Assembly (NCBI GenBank): GCA_963769885.1 | Contig: CAVYNH010000006.1 | Span: 256,001 to 320,000 of the forward strand | Direction of reading: 5' to 3' | Length of the DNA stretch: 64,000 nt | Source of the DNA: Methanobacteriota archaeon | GTDB lineage: Archaea; Thermoplasmatota; E2; DHVEG-1 | Shown here: in pieces, positions 18,913 through 27,935 of the stretch | How positions within the stretch are numbered: the stretch's first letter is position 1 | Layout: the number at the start of each line of letters is the position of its first letter | Made by a program: the position numbers and the translations under genes | Notes under the pieces: generated by a model | Database searches by the model: none | The model's input: the letters and a program-made list of their open reading frames with translations, nothing else | Told to the model about the DNA's origin: nothing

Positions 18913-20829
18913 ATGCGAAATAATATGTTGAGGAAAGGATTGGTTATAGGAATCATATTGTTATTTGCAGGAACAAGTGTTCTTCCTACTAGAATGGTAA
19001 AGGCAACCAGAAATATAATTTATGTGCCAGATGATTATACAACGATTCAAGCTGCAGTTGATAATGCGAGTGCTAATGATACCATTGTTGTTCGAGATGG
19101 AACATATACTGAGAATATCAATGTAAACAAGCGTTTGACGATTCAATCAGAGAATGGTTCTTCAAATTGTATTGTCCAAACTATTTCTCCTGGTGGATAT
19201 ATCTTTGATTTAGGCGCTGATTCAGTGGTTATAAAGGGATTTACTCTTGAGGGAGCCTGGGACTGGGGATCGGGAGTTTATCTAGAAAATGTTAACTATT
19301 GCTCTATTCTGGATAATATCTGTATTAACAATTATAATGGTATTTTATTGCAATGTTTTGCAAATTATAGCACATTAAAAAATAATAATTGTTCTGGAGG
19401 TTGCCATGGTATTCATTTGCAACAAAGTGCTAATAATATCGTGATAAATAACTCCTGCTATAATAACAGGTTTAATTGGGGGGATGGCATCATGGTAGAA
19501 GGTTATTATTCCTACAACAACCTTCTTAAATATAACAGTGTCTCTGGAAATCTCCATGGTATCCATTTAGCACATGCGGAGTATGAAGCAAGCAATAATT
19601 GGATATACCTGAATAACTTCGTGGACAATGATGAAAACTCTTGGATTGAACAAACTCACATTACTAATACTTGGAACTCTACTGAAGAAATAATTTATTC
19701 CTATAATGGTAGTGTTTATACCAACTATATGGGTAATTATTGGGATGATTACACAGGTAATGATTCTGATGGAGATGGTATAGGTGATGCCTCCTATAGC
19801 ATATTTGGAGTTAATGATTATTATCCCTTAATGGAACCTTTCGAGAATTATATAAATGAAGTCTCCAAAGGCATATGGATTAATGGAGGACAATATGGGC
19901 ATTCTAATAATCCAACAACAGAACAATACATTGTAACAGCAAATCATTTCGGAGGAATAAATTCTATTATTGACCTTGTCGTCATTCTTGCCCGAGCGGA
20001 TGGTACGTATGCCGAATACCCAAGTACTGTGGCAGATCGGAATGAGAGCAAGGATTTAGTTGAGCCAATGCTTGAGGCATTGGATGAATCTGGGTATCAT
20101 TGTATTCTCAGTATCCAACCCCTTACTACTAATATCACCGATCTCATAAATGAGATTCTTTCAAGATATTCCCATCATCCTTGTATTCTTGGAGTGGGAC
20201 TTGATGCTGAATGGAAGGGACCGGTACAACCTGGATCAGTGTCTGATGCTGAGGCGGAATCTTACATCGATACTATCCAACATTTCCAGGGCTCCTACCA
20301 ACTTTTCTTAGTCCACTATGATATTAGTATGCTGCCCGATGATAGACCTAGAATGACTGTCCTATATGATGGGAAGGATGATGTTCCTACAATACTCGCA
20401 AATTATCGTGTTTGGGGTCAGAAATGGTCTTCGGTGGGAATCTATGTATTCGATAAGAGTTCACCGATTGCCGATGATGTAATCATGGAAACCGCTCCAA
20501 ATACGGGTTACATCATACATGAAGAATACACCGTCCTTGGTCTTGGCATAGAAATCAAAGGCGGGCTAGGGGTGAATGTGAATATTAAAAATAATGGGGA
20601 TGTTAAAGCCGCTAATATCACATGGGAGATCTATATCGAGGGCGGTATTCTTCAACGAATAAATAAAACAGTGAATGGTACTATCGATATTCCTGTAGGG
20701 GAATCAGGCACGGTAAGGACGGGATTATTCTTTGGATTTGGCCCTATCGCTATCACTGTAAAAGCAGCTGATGAAGAAAAGATCGCAGAGGGAACACAGT
20801 TCATCATCTTCTCGATGGTAAAGAAATAG
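18913..20829 (+). CDS. Secreted NosD/CASH beta-helix protein with a central putative TIM-barrel-like domain and conserved CTD
   Basis: Signal peptide LRKGLVIGIILLFAGTS; YVPDDYTTIQAAVDNA; GNYWDDYTGNDSDGDGIGD; CTD with GFGPIAITVKA. Confidence 0.8.
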   Translation: MRNNMLRKGLVIGIILLFAGTSVLPTRMVKATRNIIYVPDDYTTIQAAVDNASANDTIVVRDGTYTENINVNKRLTIQSENGSSNCIVQTISPGGYIFDLGADSVVIKGFTLEGAWDWGSGVYLENVNYCSILDNICINNYNGILLQCFANYSTLKNNNCSGGCHGIHLQQSANNIVINNSCYNNRFNWGDGIMVEGYYSYNNLLKYNSVSGNLHGIHLAHAEYEASNNWIYLNNFVDNDENSWIEQTHITNTWNSTEEIIYSYNGSVYTNYMGNYWDDYTGNDSDGDGIGDASYSIFGVNDYYPLMEPFENYINEVSKGIWINGGQYGHSNNPTTEQYIVTANHFGGINSIIDLVVILARADGTYAEYPSTVADRNESKDLVEPMLEALDESGYHCILSIQPLTTNITDLINEILSRYSHHPCILGVGLDAEWKGPVQPGSVSDAEAESYIDTIQHFQGSYQLFLVHYDISMLPDDRPRMTVLYDGKDDVPTILANYRVWGQKWSSVGIYVFDKSSPIADDVIMETAPNTGYIIHEEYTVLGLGIEIKGGLGVNVNIKNNGDVKAANITWEIYIEGGILQRINKTVNGTIDIPVGESGTVRTGLFFGFGPIAITVKAADEEKIAEGTQFIIFSMVKK

Positions 20830-21020
20830 GGAAACCTATCTCCCCCTATCTTTCTTTTTTTCTTTTTATATATGCTTTTAACCCTTAGCTATTGGATAAA
20901 CTATTTCCTTCTCATTTTTCCAATAAAATAGGTTGAATTTCCCGATAGTGTTTTTCAATGTTTTTCTCCATATGAATCCTCGTTCCTTCTCATTTTTTTA
21001 CCTTAGCAAGTACTGTCATC

Positions 21021-22103
21021 GGCGCACCAAACGAGGAAACCGCGCTCTCCATCCTGCCAGCTCACAAGCTTCTCCTCAAAGGACGCGGCTACCATGCCCT
21101 CAGCCTCGCGGTCCTCGGCGGCATCGGCGCCATGCTCCTCTGCCTCGGCCTCCTCCTCCCGATGCGGTTCATCATCGGGCCACCCCTCAACCTCTACACC
21201 GCCCTCAGAAGCATCATGGTCTGGGTCCTCCTCGCCGTCGTCGCCATCATGATTGGCACCGAAAAATGCCGCATCGCCGAACTCGGCACGAAAGGAAAAC
21301 TCCCCGCCGCGGCCGGCATGCTCTTCGCCCTCCTCGTCTTCCTCCTCTCCGGCATCTTCGGCCTCATCATCTTCAACATGACCCCGCAGTCCCCCATCGG
21401 ACTACCCGCCCCCGTCCTCTTCCCCGCCTTCGTCGGACTCTTCGGCCTACCGACGCTGCTCGCATCGCTGGCGACCAGACCCGCCATCCCTCCTCAAAAC
21501 CTCGAGCCGCTCACCCTCAACCGCATCGATCGGAAAGCCTCAGGCCTCTCCGTCGCAACCGGCAGCCTCGCCGGCATCTTCGTCTCCCTGATTCCCGGGC
21601 TGACGACCGCGACCGGCACCGTCATTGCCATGAACGCCCGCCCCCGCGCCAGCCCTGAACAGACCATCATCACCCTCTCCGCGGTCAGCGCCTCCTCATC
21701 GTTCTTCGTCATCATCGTGCTCTTCCTCACCCAACGGGCGCGTAGCGGCGTCACAATTACGATTTCGGCGCTACAGCCCGCCGAGCTATGGTCTTCCCTC
21801 CTCCCGCCGCAGTTCCTCGTTTACCTCTTGATTTTTCTTATCGTCAGCGGCTCTATTTCCTATTTCACCGCTTTGTCCTTGGGTCGCTGGTTCGCCAAGA
21901 ACTTCTCTCGCATCCCCTATGTTCCCCTCGTCGTCTTCACCATTGCGTTCATCGTCTCGCTGGTGATCCTTTTCACCGGTCTGCTCGGCATCATGATCTT
22001 GGGGGTGGCGGCATGTCTTGGGTTCCTCCCGTTGACGTGGGGCGTCCGCCGCAGTCAATGTATGGGAGTGCTCCTCATCCCGATTATTCTGTACTTTCTC
22101 TAA
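21021..22103 (+). pseudogene. 3' part of the interrupted TctA-family permease
   Basis: GAPNEETALSILPAHKLLLKGRG is in frame with ORF 21132..22103 (LFPAFVGLFG, SLIPGL, RARSG, VRRSQCMGVL). Confidence 0.85.
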
Positions 22104-22127
22104 CAAAAGAAGGCATGATTGCCAGGT

Positions 22128-22604
22128 TTATTTTTTCTTGTCGAGGAGCGTAGCCTCTATTGCTTCGTAGAACCCCGAGATATCGCAGTTATGGTGCCGT
22201 GCCACCCATAATGCCGCCACCTCGGGAATGACGCTTTTTTCGTCGGCGAGCATGGCGACCTCGGCGGCGATCGCGGTCTGGGGCAAATCGACCTCGTGAC
22301 TGATTTGTGCGACGATCTGGTCGAGAAGCGAGCGGGGCATCGATGCAGGCTTCGCCAGTTTCTTTTTCGGTGTGAACCCTGAGGGGATTATGATAGTGGT
22401 GACGTCGAAGGCCGGCGAAAGACCGTTGTCCGTGGGGATGAGAAGGTTGTCTTTGATGGCCTCGTGGACGAAGGCTTGGGCGTCGCCGGTCGTCATCCAG
22501 CCGAGGTCCATGGAGAGGGAGAGGTACAGCTCGGATTCGGTCAGGACCGTTTTGCCGCTACGGTGGTAGAGGAAGGCGATGATGATGTGGCGTTCGGTCG
22601 TCAT
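22128..22604 (-). CDS. DUF2240-like archaeal protein
   Basis: IIAFLYHRSGK.VLTESELYLSLSMDLGWM...IPSGFTP. Confidence 0.75.
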   Translation of the reverse strand: MTTERHIIIAFLYHRSGKTVLTESELYLSLSMDLGWMTTGDAQAFVHEAIKDNLLIPTDNGLSPAFDVTTIIIPSGFTPKKKLAKPASMPRSLLDQIVAQISHEVDLPQTAIAAEVAMLADEKSVIPEVAALWVARHHNCDISGFYEAIEATLLDKKK

Positions 22605-23122
22605 GAGGTGGCCTCTGATGCGAGGAAGGTGGAAAGGTCGATGAAGGCCGCGGTGTAAGCGGGGTCGTCTTGTATTGGGATGGTGGGGTCGAGTACGAGG
22701 AGGTAACGGGGGCGTTGGGTATGGCTGAGGGGGACGGTGGCGGTGGTGGTGTTGGGGATGATGAGGCCGGTGATGTGGGGTGGGATGGGGGTGTCGGGGT
22801 GGTCGTAGTAGAGGTAGAGGGGGCAGTCGGTGATGGCGGTGAGGTCGGTGGTGTCGAGGTCTGGCCAGTGGGTGGGGCGGAGGATGAGGGTGGTGGCGCC
22901 TGCCATGATGAGGTCGACGGTGTCGTCGAGGGTGCGGGGGCCGGCGTCGATCCAGAGGTCGGTGTGGGTGGTGAGGCGTTGGTAGGTGTTGTAGTGGGGG
23001 CGGTTGGTGGTGAGGCCGTCGTCGTCGATGAGGTAGAGGGGGTGGTCTTGGGGGATGGTTTTGATGAGGTCGCGGGTGGTGAGGTGTTGGTGGGTGAGGC
23101 GGAGGTAGGGGTGGTGGTCCAT
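22601..23122 (-). CDS. HisA/HisF-related partial TIM-barrel protein
   Basis: LYLIDDDGL, LWIDAGPRTLDDTVDLIMAGA. Confidence 0.65.
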   Translation of the reverse strand: MDHHPYLRLTHQHLTTRDLIKTIPQDHPLYLIDDDGLTTNRPHYNTYQRLTTHTDLWIDAGPRTLDDTVDLIMAGATTLILRPTHWPDLDTTDLTAITDCPLYLYYDHPDTPIPPHITGLIIPNTTTATVPLSHTQRPRYLLVLDPTIPIQDDPAYTAAFIDLSTFLASEATS

Positions 23123-23217
23123 GGTGTGTTGGGGGGTGTGAGGGGGTGGTGGGTTTATAGGGTTTTGCGCAAGGGTTATAAATCGGGTGTGGTGTTATGA
23201 GCAGTGGTGGTTTTCTG

Positions 23218-23502
23218 ATGAAGGCGCGTCTGATAGTGTGTCTGTTGATGGTTGGGCTGGTGTTGCCTGGTGTGGTGTGTGTGTCAGCTGGTCCTCCGGT
23301 GCCGGCGCGGACGCATATTATTAAGGCGGTGTATTATGTGCGGCATACGGTGCTGGATCCGAGTGTCGTGATGGAGTGGTATTATAGTCCGGAGACGCAT
23401 ACGTTTAAGTGGAATCGGGGGGCGTTTGTGCGGTATGACAGTTATACGAATTATTTCGGGTTTGGGGGGAAGTGGATCGAGTTGTATTTCTATTATAAGT
23501 GA
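23218..23502 (+). CDS. Small secreted hypothetical protein
   Basis: MKARLIVCLLMVGLVLPGVVCVSA signal-like N-terminus; TTATAAA upstream. Confidence 0.55.
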   Translation: MKARLIVCLLMVGLVLPGVVCVSAGPPVPARTHIIKAVYYVRHTVLDPSVVMEWYYSPETHTFKWNRGAFVRYDSYTNYFGFGGKWIELYFYYK

Positions 23503-23554
23503 GTAGAAAATAGAAGGAGTGGTGGGCGGGGGGTGTCCCCGTCCTTTTTTTTGT

Positions 23555-25957
23555 TTATTGGTTGAGTTTGCGTTCGGTGTCGGCGATGCGGAGGCGTGTT
23601 TTGATGACGGTGTCGGGGTTGAGGCTGATGCTGTCGATGCCGCATTCGACGAGGAAGGCGGCGAATTCGGGGAAGTCGCTGGGTCCTTGGCCGCAGATGC
23701 CGACTTTGCGTCGTGGCTGGTGGGTGTGGGCGGTGGTGATGAGTTGGCTGATGAGGCGTTTGACGGCGTCGTTGCGTTCGTCGAAGAGGTGGGCGACGAG
23801 GTCGCTGTCTCTGTCGAGGCCGAGGGTGAGTTGGGTGAGGTCGTTGCTGCCGATGCTGAAGCCGTCGAAGACGTCGGAGAATTGGTCGGCGACGACGACG
23901 TTGCTGGGGATTTCGGCCATGACGTAGACTTGGAGTTCGTTTTCGCCTTGTTTAAGTCCGTTATTGTTCATGATGGTGATAACTTTGCGGCCTTCCTCCG
24001 GGGTGCGGCAGAAGGGGACCATGGGTTTGATGTTAGTGAGGCCCATCTCGTTTCTGGCTTTCTTGAGGGCTTTGCATTCGAGTTCGAAGGCGGGCTGGAA
24101 TTTTTTGTCGTAGTAGCGGCTGGCGCCGCGCCAGCCGATCATGGGGTTGTGTTCGTGGGGCTCGTACATGTAACCGCCGACGAGGTTGGCGTATTCGTTG
24201 GTCTTGAAGTCGGAGAGTCGTACGATGACGTCGTTGGGGTAGAAGGCGGCGGCGATACGGCCGATGCCGTAGGCGAGGGTGTCGACGTAGAACTGGACTT
24301 TGTCTTTGTAGTGGGGGCTGCGGTTGTCGATGTCTTTGATGACGCCGGCGATTTTTTGGTCGGTTTTGGCTTTTTTCTTGAGCTTGTCGTAGTCGAGGAG
24401 GGCGAGGGGGTGGATGCCGATGTGGGAGTTGATGATGAATTCTTCTCTGGCGAGGCCGACGCCTTGGTTGGGGATTTGGGCTTGGGTGAAGGCTTGTTCG
24501 GGGACGCCGACGTTCATCATGATTTGGGTGCGGGTCTTGGGGAGGTTGTCGAGTTTGAGTTCGTCGACGTGGAATTTGAGGAGGTCGTCGTAGATGCGGC
24601 CGACGCCTTCGGAGCAGTCGACGGTGACGTTCTGGCCGGGTTTGATGAGTTCGGTGCCGGTGCCAGTGCCGATGACGCAGGGGATGCCGAGCTCGCGGCT
24701 GATGATAGCGGCGTGGCAGGTGCGGCCGCCGCGGTTGGTGACGATGGCGCCCGCGATCTTCATGATGGGCTCCCAGTCGGGGTCGGTCATGTCCGTGACT
24801 AGCACCTGGCCTTTCTGGAATTTGCTGATGTCTTTGGCGTCGCGGATGATGTTGGTCTGGCCTTGGCCGATCTTCGAACCTACCGCTTCGCCTTCGACGA
24901 TGATTTTCCCTTTTTTGTCGAGGACGTAGGTGCGCATCACGGCGGCGCTCTTGCGGCTGTGGACGGTCTCGGGTCGGGCTTGGACGATGTAGAGTTCTTT
25001 GGTCTTGCCGTCCTTGGCCCATTCGATGTCCATGGGTTTCCTGTAGTGTTCTTCGATGATGATGGCCCATTGGGCGAGCTTGATGATTTCGTCGTCGTTG
25101 ATGACGTATTTATTGCGGTCTTCGGCGGTGACTTTTTCTTGTTTGGTGCCGGTCTTGCTATAGATGAGTTTTTTGTCTTTGCTGCCGAGTTTTTTGTCGA
25201 TGACGGCCTTGTAGCCCTTCTTGAGGGTAGGCTTGAAGACGTAGAACTGGTCGGGGTTGACGGCGCCTTGGACGACGTTTTCGCCGAGGCCGTAGGCGCC
25301 GGTGACGTAGACGACGCCTTCGAAGCCGGTGTCGGTGTCCAGGGTGAACATGACGCCGCTACAGGCGAGGTCGCTGCGGACCATCTTTTGGACGCCGACG
25401 CTGAGGTAGACGCTGAAGTGGTCGAAGCCTTTGTCGACCCTATAGGAGATGGCGCGGTTGGTGAAGAGGCTGGCGAAGCAGTCGCGGACTTTTTCGATGA
25501 GTTCGTCTTCGCCGCGGACGTTGAGGTAGGTCTCCTGTTGGCCGGCGAAGCTGGCGTCGGGGAGGTCTTCGGCGGTGGCGCTGCTGCGGACGGCGACGTC
25601 GACGTTCTCGCCGTATTTGAATTCCATCTCGCGGTAGTGTTTGCGGATGTCTTCCTCTAGCTCTGGGGGGATCGGGGTGTTTTTGATGAGTTCACGGATT
25701 TTTTTACCGCGTTCGGCGATGTTGTTGACGTCGTGGGTGTTGAGGTCGGAGAGGATCTCTTTGATCTTGTCTTGGATGCCGGCTTTTTCAATCATGTATT
25801 TGTAGGCGTAGGCGGTGATGGCGAAGCCGCCAGGGACTTGGACGCCTTTTGGAGTAAGGCTGCGGATCATCTCGCCGAGGCTTGCGTTTTTGCCGCCGAC
25901 GGAGGGGACGTCGTTAATGGTCAGGTCTTCGAACCATTTCACGAATTCTTGGATCAT
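23555..25957 (-). CDS. ppsA: Phosphoenolpyruvate synthase
   Basis: VGGKNASLGEM, AVRSSATAEDLPDASFAGQ, GGRTCHAAI, SIGSNDLTQ. Confidence 0.97.
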   Translation of the reverse strand: MIQEFVKWFEDLTINDVPSVGGKNASLGEMIRSLTPKGVQVPGGFAITAYAYKYMIEKAGIQDKIKEILSDLNTHDVNNIAERGKKIRELIKNTPIPPELEEDIRKHYREMEFKYGENVDVAVRSSATAEDLPDASFAGQQETYLNVRGEDELIEKVRDCFASLFTNRAISYRVDKGFDHFSVYLSVGVQKMVRSDLACSGVMFTLDTDTGFEGVVYVTGAYGLGENVVQGAVNPDQFYVFKPTLKKGYKAVIDKKLGSKDKKLIYSKTGTKQEKVTAEDRNKYVINDDEIIKLAQWAIIIEEHYRKPMDIEWAKDGKTKELYIVQARPETVHSRKSAAVMRTYVLDKKGKIIVEGEAVGSKIGQGQTNIIRDAKDISKFQKGQVLVTDMTDPDWEPIMKIAGAIVTNRGGRTCHAAIISRELGIPCVIGTGTGTELIKPGQNVTVDCSEGVGRIYDDLLKFHVDELKLDNLPKTRTQIMMNVGVPEQAFTQAQIPNQGVGLAREEFIINSHIGIHPLALLDYDKLKKKAKTDQKIAGVIKDIDNRSPHYKDKVQFYVDTLAYGIGRIAAAFYPNDVIVRLSDFKTNEYANLVGGYMYEPHEHNPMIGWRGASRYYDKKFQPAFELECKALKKARNEMGLTNIKPMVPFCRTPEEGRKVITIMNNNGLKQGENELQVYVMAEIPSNVVVADQFSDVFDGFSIGSNDLTQLTLGLDRDSDLVAHLFDERNDAVKRLISQLITTAHTHQPRRKVGICGQGPSDFPEFAAFLVECGIDSISLNPDTVIKTRLRIADTERKLNQ

Positions 25958-26148
25958 TGAAGTCTGTCCTTTCATGAGGGGTGGTTATTACACACCTCTT
26001 TATTAAAGCTGTTTTTAAGTGAAAACCTTCAAGAGGCGACCGGCTTCCCTGGAGGCATGCCTTGGTCTGTTTGGGGAGGGGGGAAACCAGTCCAATCAAA
26101 TGAGATGCCCTGGTGGGGATTGAGTACAGGGCACAAGTGTCGGGTGTC

Positions 26149-26694
26149 TTAGTCTTCCATGAAGACCGCGGCGGCGATGACTGTCGTCCACAGGCCGTTC
26201 TTGTCGCCCTCGGCGGTCTGCGCGACGCTCTGGGTGCGCACAATCTGCCCGCTCATCTTGTATTCCTGTTTGCGTTTGTCCCAGGCGGTGTCGGGGTCGA
26301 ACTCAAGGCCAAGCGTGGTTGCCAGCATCGTGGCCGCGAGGTCCTCGACGTAGTCCTCCAGCTTCTTGCTCGTGACACCAAACGCATGATGCTCGGAGAT
26401 GTAGCCGTACGAGTTCTCATCCTTGGGGACGGCGACGCCGACCGCTGAGCCGATTAACCGGTTCGGCTCATCCGTGGTGTTGCGGGACATGACCACGTAG
26501 GTGATCTCCCCGGCGTTGAGCTCCTTGATGCCCTTCTCCCGCGAGATGATCTTGCAGTTCGGCGGGATGATGCTTGAGACGTACACGAGATTGCACTGTT
26601 CGATATCGGCGTCACGGAGCGCCAGCTCAAACGACTGCAGCGCGTGTTTATGCCTGCCGACGCCCTTCGTGAAAAAGACTCGCTTCGGAACCAT
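26149..26694 (-). CDS. pdaD: Pyruvoyl-dependent arginine decarboxylase
   Basis: [31 protein letters not shown]. Confidence 0.93.
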   Translation of the reverse strand: MVPKRVFFTKGVGRHKHALQSFELALRDADIEQCNLVYVSSIIPPNCKIISREKGIKELNAGEITYVVMSRNTTDEPNRLIGSAVGVAVPKDENSYGYISEHHAFGVTSKKLEDYVEDLAATMLATTLGLEFDPDTAWDKRKQEYKMSGQIVRTQSVAQTAEGDKNGLWTTVIAAAVFMED

Positions 26695-26731
26695 CGCCCC
26701 AGATGCAATGTTTCACATTTTAAAAAGCTAT

Positions 26732-27856
26732 CTATCCTGACACCCCGGACTTCGCCTCGTCCTTTTCCTCGTCCTCGGCCTGGTCCGTATCCTCAAGCCC
26801 CGCAGTCTTGATCGACCGCTGCTTCTTCAACAGCTCCTTCATCTGCTGCTGGATGTCCACCTGCTCCTTGCCGAATACCTCATCCGCAGGCTTATCATCA
26901 GCCTCCGCGACCTGCGGCTTCGGATGACGCGCTTTGACGGTCCGCGGCTCCGGTTCCTCCTCCTCTTCGACTTCTTCTTCGACCGCCGCGGGTTTCCGCG
27001 CACGCCCGTTCGTCTGCTTCTTCAGCAGATCCCGCATCTGCTTCTGGATGTCGACCTGCTGGCGCTGAAACTCGACCTGCTCCTTCTGGTACGGCGTGAT
27101 GTCGGTGCCCTGATGATGTTCGTTGACGACCTTCAAAATCTCCTTGAACGGATAGACCCCGAACAGCTCATAGAAACTCCGCGACCGCGGGACAGTCGCG
27201 TCCTTTCCGCCCCCAGCGAACCCGAAGAGCTTGATCCGCGAGCCGCCCCCCACCCCGCCGCCTGCGAACGTCTTGTCGTTGCCGAGACCCAATCCGGACT
27301 CACTCACAGGGATAATCGTGCCAAACCCGATGATTTGCCCCAGAACCCCCTGCTCCGTGTTGAACTCCGTAATCTTATCGTAGCGGATTGCCCGCGACCG
27401 CTTCGTCAGCACCCCGCCCGTGAAGACCAGCCGCTGGTTCGTAATAAAGTACCGATGCGACCGACGATACACCTCAACGCAGAGAAACCCAATGATCGAT
27501 GCCGTAACGGAGTAGAGCGGGATGAACAGCGCCGAGGACGACAGCCAATTCTGCCACAGGAGAACCGCCACCGCGCCGATGAAGATGGCGAGGTACAGGA
27601 AGAAAATGCTCCATCGGATTGCCACGAGCGCGATGATTACACCCACCAGCAGCAATACCAGTCCCCAAAGGATGATTGGGAACCATGCATTACTCATCAA
27701 CACGGTGTTGAACTGAGAGGCGTTCACCAGCCACCACACAACCACGCCCCACACAATCAGGAAGATGCACACGGACTGCAGCTTCATGAAAGAAAGCGGA
27801 TGCGGCGAGAGAACCGATTCAATCTTCTCACCTTTGTTCAGGTCTATGCTCTGCAT
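26732..27856 (-). CDS. Membrane protein with bacterial PH domain and charged tail
   Basis: Four TM segments, YFITNQRL..TGGVL, QGVLGQIIGFGTI. Confidence 0.8.
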   Translation of the reverse strand: MQSIDLNKGEKIESVLSPHPLSFMKLQSVCIFLIVWGVVVWWLVNASQFNTVLMSNAWFPIILWGLVLLLVGVIIALVAIRWSIFFLYLAIFIGAVAVLLWQNWLSSSALFIPLYSVTASIIGFLCVEVYRRSHRYFITNQRLVFTGGVLTKRSRAIRYDKITEFNTEQGVLGQIIGFGTIIPVSESGLGLGNDKTFAGGGVGGGSRIKLFGFAGGGKDATVPRSRSFYELFGVYPFKEILKVVNEHHQGTDITPYQKEQVEFQRQQVDIQKQMRDLLKKQTNGRARKPAAVEEEVEEEEEPEPRTVKARHPKPQVAEADDKPADEVFGKEQVDIQQQMKELLKKQRSIKTAGLEDTDQAEDEEKDEAKSGVSG

Positions 27857-27935
27857 CGGGATCCCTCCGCTGTTCCCATCGCTGACGAGGCTTTAAAGGT
27901 ATTGGTCCCCCCGTCTCTCAACCGACCAAAAATAG

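Larger units (their letters stand above)
10007..21015. mobile_element. 11,009-bp cargo-carrying transposon, ISH3/IS4-like
   Basis: TCATC duplicated at 10002-10006 and 21016-21020. TIRs CAGTAGATGGACAAGTAAAA (10007-10026) and rc of 20996-21015 CAGTACTTGCTAAGGTAAAA match at 14/20. AT-rich interior. Removing the element and one TSD copy restores tctA in frame. Confidence 0.9.

Noticed and set aside
10007-21015. Provirus, casposon or composite transposon
   Set aside because: No capsid, integrase, Cas1 or PolB genes and only one transposase; the borders are TIR plus 5-bp TSD.
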